A stretch of 64,000 bases of DNA, from positions 37,460,125 to 37,524,124 of the forward strand of contig NC_068981.1 in NCBI RefSeq assembly GCF_001194135.2, in the 5' to 3' direction. Every line of letters starts with the position of its first letter. Position 1 is the first letter of the stretch. The DNA comes from Octopus bimaculoides. Its lineage: Eukaryota. The notes beneath the pieces are model-generated. The model saw only the letters and a program-made list of their open reading frames with translations, ran no database searches and was not told where the DNA came from. This document shows positions 37,078-50,898 of the stretch, piece by piece. A program made the position numbers and the translations under genes.

Positions 37078-37080
<3 letters not shown>
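36876..37080 (-). mobile_element. Short Penelope-type (pLTR-like) element carrying a hammerhead motif, embedded in (TA)n; related decayed copy at about 45637-45800
   Basis: Flanked on both sides by (TA)n. Contains the gacgtttcg...ctcttcaacag signature; the second copy shares gacgaagac.ggtg..taaataacaaa...tattagt.t.acgct.gggaa...gaaagtcttt...gctcttcaacagaaa. Confidence 0.65.
36966..37002 (-). ncRNA. Minimal type I hammerhead ribozyme (PLE-type), core variant CUGUUGA
   Basis: RNA 5'-UCUUU CUGUUGA A GAGC-GUA-GCUC GAAAC GUC^ AAAGA-3'. Stem I is UCUUU/AAAGA (5 bp), stem II is GAGC/GCUC (4 bp), stem III is the palindromic ACGU, and the cleavage triplet is GUC. Confidence 0.65.
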
Positions 37081-37117
<37 letters not shown>

Positions 37118-37401
37118 TTCTACATATATGTGTTTACAGATATGTATATATATTATATGTGTATGTGTATGTGAGTAGGTGTCATATATATATGTCCAGC
37201 AGTTGCCTGCATGGGAAAATGGATGTTAAATGATGATGAACGATGATGGTATATAAGTAATGTCTGTATATCCACATCTGTATGTCTCCATCTCTCCCTC
37301 TCTCTTTCTATGTGTCTACACATACATTATAGATGCACATATGCATACATGTATATATATATGTGTGTATACATAAATATACATATGTGTATATGTGAAT
37401 A

Positions 37402-37543
<142 letters not shown>

Positions 37544-38119
37544 TACACTCATTTATTTATAAATGTATATACATTCATAAACACATATACATATATATGC
37601 ACATATATATATGTTTGTATTTGCTTATATACTCTTGTATATAAATAAATAATAATAATAATAATAATAATAATAATCTACTTCTGTACACATGGGAAAA
37701 ATTTTCTTTTAGACATGTATCATTTAAAGCATGACTGTGTTCCAGTTTTATGTTGCCTTTTTTTATAAAGGAATTTGCATTGTATTTTGCTTGGATATAG
37801 TTTACATAACCCTTGACTTTTACTCTTTTTTAAAATTATATTTGAGATATAACAATGTGGCTGAGGGAAATTATCAACTAAATTTTTTTATACCAAACTT
37901 TACTTTAAATTTTTTTTTATCATAGTATAAGTAATATTTTCTTGTTCTAAATATATTGGCTGTGGATGACACATTGGTATTCGTCTATTCCTGCATGAAA
38001 TGTATAAAATCTATAACTTTGTACTTTTGCATATGTATGTATAAATGAATTGGTCATCTGCTTTTAGTTTGGAGTTTGTAGTTGAATTTGATATTTTTCA
38101 AACAAAATTATACACCTAT

Positions 38120-38772
38120 ATCATCATCATCGTTTAACGTCCGCTTTCCATGCTAGCATGGGTTGGACGATTTGACTGAGGACTGGTGAACCAGATGGCT
38201 ACACCAGGCTCCAATCTGATTTGGCAGAGTTTCTACGGCTGGATGCCCTTTTAACGCCAATCGCTCTGAGAGTGTAGTGGGTACTTTTATGTGTCTTCGG
38301 CACGAAGGCCAGTCAGGCAGTACTGGTAACGACTACACTCACGTATTTTACGTGCCACCTGCAGAGGAGCCAGTCCAGCAGCAATGGCAACGATCTCGCT
38401 CGAATGTCTTTACACGTGCCACCGGCACAAGTGCCAGGAAGGCGACGCTGGGCACAGGTGCCATCACGATTTCGTTTTCACTTGCCCCAACAGGTTTTCT
38501 CAAGCCGAGTTTAGTGTCCAATGAAGGAGATGACGTTGGCATGGGTACCAGTCGTCGAATTTAGTTCGATTTCGATTTCACTTGCTTCAACAGGTCTTCA
38601 CAAGTGGAGTTTAGTATCCAATGAAGGAAGGTACACATAAGTAGGCTAGCTACACCCCTGGCAGAGGCCTTGGATTTAGGTCTCACTTGGCTTGCCGGGT
38701 CTTCTCACGCACAGCATATTTCCAAAGGTCTCGGTCAGAAGTCATTGCCTCGGTGAGGCCCAATGTACGAAG
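38120..38772 (-). mobile_element. RTE-clade LINE 3' end with long UTR, relatively young (CpGs retained); related UTR piece at 36720-36855
   Basis: Minus strand begins RTLGLTEAMTSDRDLWKYAVREKTRQAK*, has an internal repeat (cattgga.actaaact..gcttg.gaa.acctgttg..gcaagtgaaa) and the family tail ending gacgttaaacgatgatgatg. Confidence 0.85.
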
Positions 38773-38844
38773 GTCATATAATGTAATATAAATGTATATA
38801 TATATACATTTATGCTACATAAATGTATATATTATATATGTCAC

Positions 38845-39410
38845 TATGATATCAGCTCACACTGAACCCAAAGGCACTGCAATCCCAGAGTCACAGGCAG
38901 TGAGAGACTTGGGGATCAGTATGTATAATAATGAATCATTCCATTTACCCATTACCAAGATGGCAACAAAGTGCAGACTGTTGGTAGGATGGATACTAAG
39001 GTCCTTTAGGGTAACAGACCAAGAAGTCATATTAGCCCCATGAAAGACCTTTGTTCTTAGCCACCTGGACTATTAATATCAGCTGAGGTCTCTGTGTTGT
39101 GTCAAACTAACTGTGAAGTTTGAAGTGATCAAACCTTATTACACTAAAACGATTGCTACAGTGCAATAGATGAACTACAGGGGAGGCTAAAACAAAACTA
39201 CAGGCTTTGCTTCCTAGAGTGAAAATGTGAGAGGTATGTAATAATGTACACGTGGAAAATTCTGGAAGGGCTAGTTCCTAACTTCAGCATCAAGAGTTAT
39301 AGAAATGCCCATACTGGACACCACTGCATAGTACCAAAAGTACTGTGTGCTCTGTCTAAAGTGAGAACCAGGTACTGTAACAGCTTGGGGTTCAAAAGCC
39401 CATAGCATAA
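38845..39410 (+). mobile_element. CR1-clade LINE ORF2 C-terminal fragment
   Basis: VRDLGISM...HLPITKMATKCRLLVGWILRSF...FVLSHLDY..Q...YTWKILEGLVPNF matches the CR1 pattern RDLGV..H...KA....G.I.R.F...HLEY...YKI..G. Stops and frameshifts present. Confidence 0.8.
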
Positions 39411-39938
39411 TACCAGGTGAATAAGCATCTCAGCATGAAATGCAAATGAGGACAGAGGTGTTAAACTCCTTCATACAAAAAATGACAACATGACAAAGTG
39501 ATGGAGGTGCTCCAGCATGACTGCAGTGGCATAGCTGAAAGACATAAAAGAAATAAACGAAGTATATATGTGTGTGTGTGTGTGTGTGCTTATATTTATA
39601 TAAATAAAAACATGTATGTATGTATTTATGTATGTTTGTATGTATGTATGTAAGTATGTATGTATGCATGTATGTATGAATGTATATACATATGTATTGC
39701 AGTAGAAACTGATCAAAACGGCAAGCAAGGTGAGGTCACCTGTCACATTTAGGAGAGCAGTACATCTAAATATGAGCTGAGTTCAATTATGGCAATCTGT
39801 CCAAGCCATGGCAGCAAAGAAGGCTGGTGTAAGATAATAATTATGATGTTGATAATGATAATGATGATGATGATGATGATGATGATAAAGAGGATAATGT
39901 TGATATAAACATATAAATATTTACATACATACATGCTT

Positions 39939-40001
<63 letters not shown>

Positions 40002-41670
40002 CATGTGTACCCATATCTGAGTTTTATGTATCTGCTCTGTTGTGGTTTTCTTTATAATGTCTTCATGTATTCGATAAACAGAATGTTCTTAGTTTATGCA
40101 GTTGAAATGAAGTACAATTTGTCTTTAAGTGTTTATAGTTATTGTACTGAATATCTTTTGGTATTGTATTATACTTTAATCTACTAATTCATGTATAGAT
40201 GCATAATTGATCACTGTGAATTAATGAATTAATTTATTTTTGTAGGTTTTCAAATATTTCTAGAAGAGAAACTAAATGCTGTCTGAGTAGCGATTTTAGA
40301 TATGACTACATTTGTGCTGAAATTTGCAATCTTATAGCTACTAATCAAGACTGGAAGCTAGAGAGATTCATTCAATAAATTTTCTAATCATAGAAAGAAA
40401 GAAGATATTCTGTGAAACGTAATTCTCATCATCATCATCATTGTTTTAACATCCAATTTTATAAGCTTGTATGTGTTAGAGATTATTGATGTAGACTATC
40501 TATGCCTGGATGCCCTTGCTGTTGCCAACTCATAGCTGTTTCCATGCTAGCTGATATTTCCCTGTGCTCGGACATGTTTTTACAAAATATTGAAAGTGAA
40601 TGATACTGCTTCTACAACAGTGGCACTTATTACAGCTATCACATGATATCAAAACAAGAAGACACAAAAACATTTATATTTACATTTACACACACTATAC
40701 ATATGTTATATATGTGTGTGTGTGTGTACATATATACGTGTGTGTGTGTGTGTGTGTGTGTGTTTATATATAAGTGCAAAAATGAGGGTGTCATAAGAAG
40801 CTTGCTTCTCAACCATATGTTCCTGAGTCCAGTCCCACTGCTTGGCACATTGGGTAAGTATCTTCTACTATCACCTCAGTCATTATTGGTTAGGGCATTG
40901 TTGTAGTAAGAGGCTGCCTTATTGAAAATTTCTTTTGAGGAAGAGAGGTTAGAGACTCTGTTACTAATGTTAGTTATCAGGTTTCTAAATACTGCAGGAG
41001 ATTCACAAGACTGTTCATGTATATAGGAAAGTTTTTCATTAGGCTTATGGTTGGGTTTATAAGAGGGGGTGTTCAGGTCAATTAGGCCCCAAAATCACAG
41101 TCACTACTAATCTGTCTAAAGTTGAATTTTTTAGATGATTTTCTAGGCCTGAACTCCTCTTCTGAATAATGTCCTAGTGTTGTATGATCTAACAGTTATG
41201 TGCATTTAGTTGATTTATATTCAATCGATTGCAGCACATGTTCATCCATTCATTTCTATGCAGCTTTGTCACCCATATGGATGGGTGAAGCTTGTCAAGT
41301 AATGAGTTAACTAGCTTAGTATCATTTGATTACTTGACAAGTCTATATTCAACTCTGCTTTAGATAATGCCTGATGGGCATGAGCATAACATTATGTATG
41401 ATGTAATCCATAATATTGTATTATGCTTACAGTAGATAATGATTCTAAGTGAAACAATTGTCACAAAATTTAAAACAAAGTCGCTTGTTTCTCACTATCA
41501 TTATTTCATTGCATGCCAAGGTTTCTACTATTCATCAAATTACTGTAAACAATTTGAAATAGAAATTACCCAAAGGCAGTGAATGGTTTTCATTTTTGCT
41601 TTAAAACTGATAATGGATTACTTCACTGTCTGCTGTGTGATTCTGTCTAGCTAACCACTGGCATGATATA

Positions 41671-41709
41671 AGTTGATATGCCTTAATTCTTTATGAATCC
41701 TACATAATC

Positions 41710-41762
<53 letters not shown>

Positions 41763-42137
41763 NNNNNNNNNNTATATACATCATCATCATCATTGTTTAA
41801 CATCCGCTTTCCATGCTAGCATGGGTTGGATGAATTGACTGAGGACTGGTGAGCCAGATGGCTACACCAGGTTCCAATATGATTTGGCAGAGTTTAAATA
41901 CGGCTGGATGCCCTTTCTAACGCCAACCACTCCGAGAGTGTAGTAGGTGCTTTTACGTGCTACTGGCATGAAGGCCAGTCAGGTGGTACTGGAAATGGCC
42001 ATGCTCAAAATGGTGTATTTTACATGCCACCTGCACGGGAGCCAGTCCAGCACCACTGGCAAATATATATATATATACATATATATATATGTATATATAT
42101 TCCATTATATAGGATTCATAAAGAATTAAGGCACATC

Positions 42138-42141
<4 letters not shown>
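41671..42141. mobile_element. Element with 42-bp terminal inverted repeats and a (TA)n interior, containing a nested RTE-tail retroposon (about 41780-42060)
   Basis: 41671-41712 agttgatatgccttaattctttatgaatcctacataatcgaa versus the reverse complement of 42100-42141: 39/42 identical. Both TIRs are followed inward by (TA)n. Confidence 0.7.
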
Positions 42142-42176
<35 letters not shown>

Positions 42177-43229
42177 GTGTAGTATATTGCCACTTAAGTG
42201 TGGCTGACCCCTAGGGGTGGATGTTACTGTTGCTTTTAGCCCCTAAGCAACAGTAACATCCACNNNNNNNNNNNNNNNNNNNNNNNNNNNNNNNNNNNNN
42301 NNNNNNNNNNNNNNNNNNNNNNNNNNNNNNNNNNNNNNNNNNNNNNNNNNNNNNNNNNNNNNNNNNNNNNNNNNNNNNNNNNNNNNNNNNNNNNNNNNNN
42401 NNNNNNNNNNNNNNNNNNNNNNNNNNNNNNNNNNNNNNNNNNNNNNNNNNNNNNNNNNNNNNNNNNNNNNNNNNNNNNNNNNNNNNNNNNNNNNNNNNNN
42501 NNNNNNNNNNNNNNNNNNNNNNNNNNNNNNNNNNNNNNNNNNNNNNNNNNNNNNNNNNNNNNNNNNNNNNNNNNNNNNNNNNNNNNNNNNNNNNNNNNNN
42601 NNNNNNNNNNNNNNNNNNNNNNNNNNNNNNNNNNNNNNNNNNNNNNNNNNNNNNNNNNNNNNNNNNNNNNNNNNNNNNNNNNNNNNNNNNNNNNNNNNNN
42701 NNNNNNNNNNNNNNNNNNNNNNNNNNNNNNNNNNNNNNNNNNNNNNNNNNNNNNNNNNNNNNNNNNNNNNNNNNNNNNNNNNNNNNNNNNNNNNNNNNNN
42801 NNNNNNNNNNNNNNNNNNNNNNNNNNNNNNNNNNNNNNNNNNNNNNNNNNNNNNNNNNNNNNNNNNNNNNNNNNNNNNNNNNNNNNNNNNNNNNNNNNNN
42901 NNNNNNNNNNNNNNNNNNGTGTGTGTGTGTGTGTGTGTGTGCATGCATAAATACATATTTTCACAGATATTTTCTTTATATGGGTATATTCACAATATTG
43001 GAACACATATATTCTAAAAAAGAATAAGAAATTTGAGAGATTCACTGTAGTTCTATCGAGTATTTAGTTTTTAATCAGAACTCATGCATCTTCCACATAT
43101 GAAAGTTGAATAAATATCAATTTTCTATTGATTTTCTATTATTTTAGTTTCAAAAGTAGTGTTAAAAAAAAAAAGGTAAAAGCAACTAGACAGTGATGAA
43201 TATGTATGTTTATATAAACATCAATCTAT

Positions 43230-43400
43230 TTATCTATCTATCTGTCTGTCTCTCTGCCTGCCTGTCTGTCTCTCTGCCAAGTCTGTCTGCCTGTCTGTCT
43301 GCCTGTCTGTCTGCCTGTCTGTCTGTCTGTCTGTCTATATGTATGTATGTATGTTTGTATGTATGTTTGTATGTATGTATGTATGTATGTATGTATGTAT
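43230..43400. repeat. Compound (TCTA)/(TCTG)/(CCTG)/(TATG) microsatellite; similar compounds at 51895-52045 and 59335-59490
   Basis: Direct reading. Confidence 0.95.
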
Positions 43401-45358
43401 ATAATGCATATTATATATATATTATATACGTAAACGCAAACACTCACACATACATACATGTATGCTCTGGCACTTGTTACCACCATTTTTACCTCCCTTC
43501 CAACTACTCTTGCCCACCCACTTATAATGTAGGGGTAGCTATGTTTCTCTTCTATAACAAGATACCTGTGCTATTTTCTCTATCATGCTTCAGCCTTCAA
43601 TAGTGGTATAAAGTCACTTTCTCCTCTTTAAATATACTTTTACTTAGTCAAGGGGGCTGTTTTGTCTAATTTTAGCTTTGTGTCATTGTCTTGGCAGTTA
43701 CTTGGCGATCGTACAAGTGCTAGTAGCACAAAGATGTACCCAGTACACTCTGTAAAGTGGTTGGTGTTAGGAAGGTATCCAGTCATAGAAATTGTTCTAA
43801 AGCTGACATTAGAGCCTGATGTGACTCTGCAGCTCATTAGATCTTGTTGAGCCATTCAAGATCTGCCAGCATAGAAAACAGATATTAAATGATGTTGATG
43901 ATGATGATGATGATGACGATGATGATAACATACAGGTGCAGGCGAGGGTACATTGTTGAGAAGTTTGCTTTCCAACTTCAAGGTTTCAGATTCTTCCTCC
44001 CTACACAGCAACTTGTTTAAGTGTGTTCTTCTATAGCACTGAAAGAGCCTGAAAGAAGCCCATCGTAAATATGAATATGAGTATATGTATGCATGGGTAT
44101 GTATGACTGTTTATTGCATTCGGACTCTATATTAAATGAGTGCTACAAATGTGTGGTCGTCACTTCTGGCAACAAATCATCTGCTCACTTTGTGTCTTTG
44201 ATTATGAGTAAAATAAGGGATCACTTACTAGAAAGATAGGTAAGAATTAGTGATAAGAAGAGGATCAGTTATTGTAAAACCTTGATAATATATTCATCTA
44301 ACCCATGTTAGGATGAAAAATGGGCATAAAATGAGCAAATATACATTCCATCTGTATGTTCATGCACACACAAGTATCTTGTCTATATTGTTATTCTAAA
44401 AGTTAATTTTTTTTTTTAAATTTCATACAGAGATATATCATAGTCCTATATGATTTTCAATTAATTGTTGAGTACAGTCAGCGAACAAATGCTTTTATCA
44501 AATGAACTGGTATGTGCTTTGTGGGATTTATGACTGCTTCCATATAAATCTCTCCTAAATGAATATCTTTGGCAGAGAGTACTCTGGACGTATTTTCACT
44601 ATCCCAATAAGATAAGGTTTTCCTACCCCCTTGTGCATTCCAGTTCCTTTATGTTCAACCTTTCATGATGAACAGCTTTCTATAGTAAAGTCTTATAGGA
44701 ACTTGTCTCTTTCAACAACAGCTAATGAAATGAACAGTTGTAGTAATATCTAGATGTTATACAAGATATGACATGCAAGGTATGCCACAAAGTATATTCT
44801 TTATCTGTGTATAGTTGAAATTCATTCCTTTTTTAATTATCATTTATTCATTTCAGTTACTTGAATGAGGTACTCCCTTGAAGGGTTTTTAATTGAACAG
44901 GTTGAGCCCCCCACCCACCACATGACTTATCTTTTTTTTTTAATCCTGGTACTTATACAATCGGTCTCTTTTACCAAACACCTAAGTTGTGAGGATGTAA
45001 ACACACCAACACCAGTTTTCAAGCTGTGGGGTGGGGGACAGACATAGACACAAAAACACACACACATAGATGCATACATATATATATATATATATATATA
45101 TACAATGAGTTTCTTTCAGTTTCTGTCTACCAAAGCTTTGGTCAGCCCAAGGCTATAGTAGAAGACACTTGTCCAAGGTGCCACACAGTGGGACTGAACC
45201 TGAGACCATGTGATTCAGAAGCACACCTGCACCTTTGCATGTTTTTATTTCATATAGACTTGGTCTTAGACTAAACAAATTTCTAATTGTTGAAAAATCC
45301 TTATGAATTGATTAGACAAAGTAGGATGTGCTTTGGCAAGTTTAATTTTGTCAGGTTA

Positions 45359-45412
<54 letters not shown>

Positions 45413-47637
45413 CTCTATCAGTAAAAGGAAATCCAAAGAAATTCATGTGGCAATCTAAAGTAGAGTTAAATGTTGGAGTTCCAGTTTCAAATTTTGAGGA
45501 AGTCAACATAAGTTTTTGATGTGTTGTTCATTGTATTTACACTATGTGTGTGTGCATATTTGTATATATGTGCATATGCATGTATATTTATATATATCAT
45601 CATCGTTTAATGTCAGCTTTCATATACATGTAGTTGGAATTTACAGAAAAAAAAAACAAGGTAAAAGACGAAGACGGGTGAGTAAATAACAAACAGATGT
45701 ATTAGTTTAACGCTTAGGAAGTGAGAAAGTCTTTTACATTATGGGCCTATGCTCTTCAACAGAAATAAACAGAGCGAGAAAATAAAATAAAATAAAATAT
45801 GTATACATACATGGATACATGTATGTGTATATGTGCCTATGTATGAACACATGCTATGCCAGCCTTGCTCCTCAGTCAATAGCTGATGAAAATATATGGT
45901 AACCTTGTTTATATCTTGTTCTATGTGTTTTATCTGTTGGCCATGCTTAATTTTTCTTTAATTTCATGTTTCCAAGACTGAGTGATTTTTCCTGCTATAT
46001 GGCAATTGCTCCTGTAATAAATGGTGCACTTTACAAAACACTCAGTTAACAGAAATATATTGAAATTTTCACATATATTGTTGATGTTCAGACAAGTACC
46101 ATCCTGTAGATGATGATGGTGGTGATGAAGATGATGTCAATGACAATGATGTTGACAAAAAACACGACAATGAAAATGATGATGATGATGGTGATTTTTA
46201 TTTTTCTGAGGAAGATGAAAATGATATGAAAATATAGGGTAAAAATATTGGGTTGTTTTTGGTCTATAATTTAATTTTGTATCTATAGATAGTCTTTATT
46301 CTAAAAATACTTTACAATGTTTTTCTATATCTTTGTTCAGTTGCTAGACAGACATTCTTCTGCTGTGCCAGAGGACCAGAATATGAAATAGTTTCTGATT
46401 TATTCACTTCTATTTTATAGGAGACATACCATGTCTTACTACCCTACTTTTAATTCCTAGTTCAAAGAAATTATAAGCAAAAGTTCTCTATACTGTCAAC
46501 AATATCTTGTTATTGTTTCATGTATTGAAACTTGTTGAAGCTAATCTTAATAATTTGCTTAAGTTTCAAACGTAAGTTATTCACTTTTTTCCTCATTGAT
46601 TGATGTTCGTTTTTTGCTTTTTCCTTTTTGCTCAAAACTTCCCTACAACAGTCTCAACAATTTTTTTTTTTAGAAATAACAACAAAATAGATAAATAAAT
46701 AAAAGAAATATATCCAGACATTTCCATTGATATATTGATTGTGCTTGAGAAAGAAATTAAAGAAAAATAAACAAAGACAAAATTAAATAAAAAGTAATGT
46801 AATTATGCATACTTATTTCTAGGTTACCATATTTAGCTTCAAGAGAATTGTGGAGAAAAGTTGTGCATAAGTAGACATTAACACAAAATAGTGTTTAGGG
46901 TATATTTACATCTAAATTTGTACATTTTGTAGCTTAAGGTATAAGTTGTTAAAAATTCAGTAATACTTATAAAGATAAGTATGTTTAAAGTTAGATAAGT
47001 ACATTTAAAAAAAGAACATTTCCATAAACTGTTTTCCAATAGTTGTGTTTGTTTTTCTTATAACTAATGACCACTGATAGCTTGAGAATCATAATAAAAT
47101 AAACTGCTATGTGTTTATAACAATATTTTCTTTTAGATTAATAAGAAAATGAATGTATACTCACATAAAAAATACATATATGAAACAAGTTTTATGGTGT
47201 TACATTTTCAGGTTTATTTTCAAATTTAAATATTAGTTTATTTGAAGTAAAAAGGAAATAAAAAGTTTCTGATATTTTACAATATTTTTTGACTAAAATG
47301 GAAATTTTTATTGAAAAACGAATAATATGCTACAATTTAAAGTAAATAGAGAAATTTGTCAATAGGCAAGATGACAAAAATATGTGACAAACAAATATTC
47401 TTATTCTTTAATTTTCTTTTCCTTTCTTTCAATCAGTTGACTATGGCCATGCTGGAACATTACTTTCGAGGGCTTTAGTCGATCATATTGATCGAATATT
47501 TATTATGTCTGGTATATATCATATCAGACTTTATTTTTTTGTTCTGTTAAGTTATATATCAGCAACGTTTTTGAATGTAAGGTGGCAGGTGCACAGACAC
47601 ATGCAAACACACAGAAACATGTAAACACCCAACACTT

Positions 47638-47680
<43 letters not shown>

Positions 47681-47882
47681 ACAAGATTCCTCACAGTTTC
47701 CATCTGTATTTCACTTCACAAGACATTAGTCAACCTAAGTTTATATTACAGATACTTGCTTAAGATGTGAAGGTGCAAACCAAGCCTGAAGCCACATTGT
47801 TGCTAAGCAAACTTCTTAATAACAAAACGATGCCCAACCATAATAGCTAAAAATAATTTAGTAGCTATATTTTATACCTCAG

Positions 47883-47993
47883 TCAAAGAGAATGCTCTTC
47901 TCCATGGCATTGGCAGCCTCCCCAAAAGAGATCAGATTGATGCAGAATATTTTCACTTTATACATTTGTAATCGTTATCTGCAGAAGAATATG
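47883..47993 (+). CDS. Best candidate host-gene exon, 111 nt, phase 0/0: SKRMLFSMALAASPKEIRLMQNIFTLYICNRYLQKNM (product unknown)
   Basis: Acceptor tattttatacctcag|, strong donor ATG|gtaagt. Exactly 37 codons, only one of three frames open, non-repetitive and GC-richer than its flanks. Confidence 0.4.
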
Positions 47994-48610
47994 GTAAGTG
48001 AGGGATTGAGCCTTTGAAGAAAAATATGTCTTTCTCTTTGCTTCATGTTAGATAAATAAGCAGATAATTATTATGAAAAGCATCCAGCTTTCAAACTCTT
48101 TTAGTAAGTTTTTTCAAAATGCCTGAATTTACAGCATATGATGTGAAGCCATAGCAATAATATCATCATTCTATTTTCTTCATGCTATCTAAATAACTAA
48201 ATTATTGTCATGAAAAGCATTTAAAAATACAGCTATCACTCAGAAGCAATTATGATTAGGTAGCATGTACTATAAGTTCACTAATTTTTAAGTACCCATA
48301 TAGTTACAAGCAGCCACAAACACCCGATGGATCCTGTTATGCTTGACCCCTTGGAATATCCAGGCTGTGACAGTTTGAAAGCACTGAGTTGGTACCTTCT
48401 ATTTATTACACCAGAATGAAAGAAATTGAAGTGGAACATTGTGGGGATTTTAATTCATCCAGAATAAACATGCTTTTTGATTGATGCTCTAACAACTCTG
48501 CCAATATATCATCTTCAAGCTTTAAAAATTTTCATCAGAAATATGTTGAGATGTCTGAATTTGTAGTTTGCTACATTCAATTAGACCAGTGCTTGGTCTA
48601 ATCGAATATG

Positions 48611-48611
<1 letters not shown>

Positions 48612-48654
<43 letters not shown>

Positions 48655-48701
48655 TGTATTTGTGTGTGTTTGTATGTATTCATGTATGTATGTACATATA
48701 T

Positions 48702-48783
<82 letters not shown>

Positions 48784-48790
48784 AAATGTA
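48612..48790. repeat. (TG)n and (CA)n tracts in inverted arrangement, about 55 bp apart
   Basis: Direct reading. Confidence 0.9.
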
Positions 48791-50718
48791 TGTATGCGTG
48801 TATGCTTATGTATATATTCACACGTGCACATATATTTATGTAGAGAAAGAGAGAGAGACAGACAGTGTATACAGGCTTGAAGGTGACTGTATAATTAAAA
48901 ATAATATTCTAAACATATAATTACTTACATGTGTACATGAATATGTTCTTATTGATGCCTTTGTATGTGTGTACGCACATGCATATGTATGTCTGCATCT
49001 TCCATTCTCTTAGGCAAATCTTATTCAGGCTTAACTGATTTAATTTTATGTAAGCTCATGAAATAATATTTTTACTTTCATTTACATATGCAATTTTCAG
49101 CTTTTTAATTAAATTGCTTTCGAGTGGCAATATCATTTATTTAAATTTATATAAATGACAAATATCACATGAGTGGCTTTTAAAGTTATTTTTAGTGAGC
49201 AAAATAAGTGGCTTTATTTATAGACTGGAGAAAAATTTACAACACACACATCCATATATATATGTGTGTGTGTGTGTGTGTATAACGATATATTCCCCTT
49301 TTTGGTTTAGCAATCATCATCATCATCATCATCACCATCATCCTCATCATCATCATCATCATTATCTTCATTTAACATTTGTCTTCTATGTTGATATGAT
49401 GTATATATGGGTTGCCTTGATCAAAGTCATTTCTTATTGGGTGCCAAGTTCTTAGACTGGTACTTGAACATGTTATTTGGGGTGAATGATCTTCCTTTCA
49501 TGACCATCTTTACAATGTACAATGTGTGCATTTTCTTTGCTGCACACACTACACAGCATTATCTAGTTAATAGAGTCTCTACATATTCTCTCAATCTATT
49601 TAAAATAACAGTCAAATCGCCTTCAAATAGTATCTCTCCATTAAAAAAAAAAAACATGTTCAGGAATTTAGTTTGAAGTACTCTGTGCCTGGCAAGGAGA
49701 AAGAAAAAACAGGATGTTAAAGGTTGGAATGTTTTTGATCAAAGAACATCTCAGTGGTAGATGGCCTGAGGCTTAACAAAACATGGTAGTTATTTTATGA
49801 AATTAAGAAAATCATACTGAATTTGTTCTCAGGATGTAGCAGAATGGAATTAAATCCTGTGAAACATTGATGTCTCTAGTAGCCCAGTGCTCTTCATAAG
49901 TTCATCTAAAAACCTGTACTTCCTCTATTTCATTATCTATTTAACTATGTCAAACATTGGTTCTATTCTCCTATTTCTTGTCAAAGGTTGGCACTTTACA
50001 AAAAAATTATTGATTTCTTCTTTCTTATTGAGACATACAAAATAGAATAAGAAATGCAATGTCTGATATAATGTCTATTTTCATGACTGTAAATATAATA
50101 TCTATATATTTGATAAAGTTGTTTATTAAACTTGCCTTTTTCTTTCATTGTACACTGAGAAGTGAATTCTTAAATAAATAATTTTATGGTTTCTCTAATT
50201 AATTATTTTAGTATTGATCTAATAACAAATCTGATTTAGCTTCGTTTTATTTTTAATTTTGTCTGACAGTTGTTATTTTTCTTCTCTAAGTATTTCTCCT
50301 ACATGGAAGTTGATTTTTTTTTTAAATTCGTATTTCTTAATCTTGTTTCAACTTCAGCAACCATTTTATTCCTAGCCATACTTCAGTGATATTGTTTCTA
50401 TTTCCTTCAGGAAATCATCTCCTTTACTTTCCTGGTAATCCAAATTTCTTTTTCTATCATTTTCATTGTATCCCAATTAATTTATCTATCTATTTATCTA
50501 TATTATTTATATTCAGTAGTTAATTTTAGAAAGACTGTACATTTTTTCAACAAATTTCAAGTATTATCTATTTATTTTCTTTAAGGTCTCTTTTATTGCA
50601 AATGTCTTCTCTGTATCAAGCTTCTCTGTAGGTTTTATATTTAATGTCTGTTCCTTTTTTCGTCAAGTAATTCAACAAGGTGACCTCTTTCTACAGTCAG
50701 AGAAACTGCATGACTTAC

Positions 50719-50760
50719 TGTTTGTCATTTGCTGTCCAGTATTTATCTTGATTCCAAGAG
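50719..50760 (-). CDS. Candidate 42-nt symmetric exon (xLGIKINTGQQMTNx or xSWNQDKYWTANDKx)
   Basis: Minus strand acceptor attgttttcag| and donor ACA|gtaagt are both near-consensus; two frames are open. No homology recognised. Confidence 0.22.
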
Positions 50761-50799
50761 CTGAAAACAATTGTGCCCTACTTCAATCATTACTGAAGT

Positions 50800-50808
<9 letters not shown>

Positions 50809-50896
<88 letters not shown>
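50809..50896. repeat. (TG)n microsatellite
   Basis: Direct reading. Confidence 0.97.

Positions 50897-50898
<2 letters not shown>

Noticed and set aside
42217-42263. Perfect 19-bp hairpin gtggatgttactgttgctt / aagcaacagtaacatccac
   Set aside because: The right arm ends exactly at a gap edge, typical of a fold-back/chimeric read artefact.
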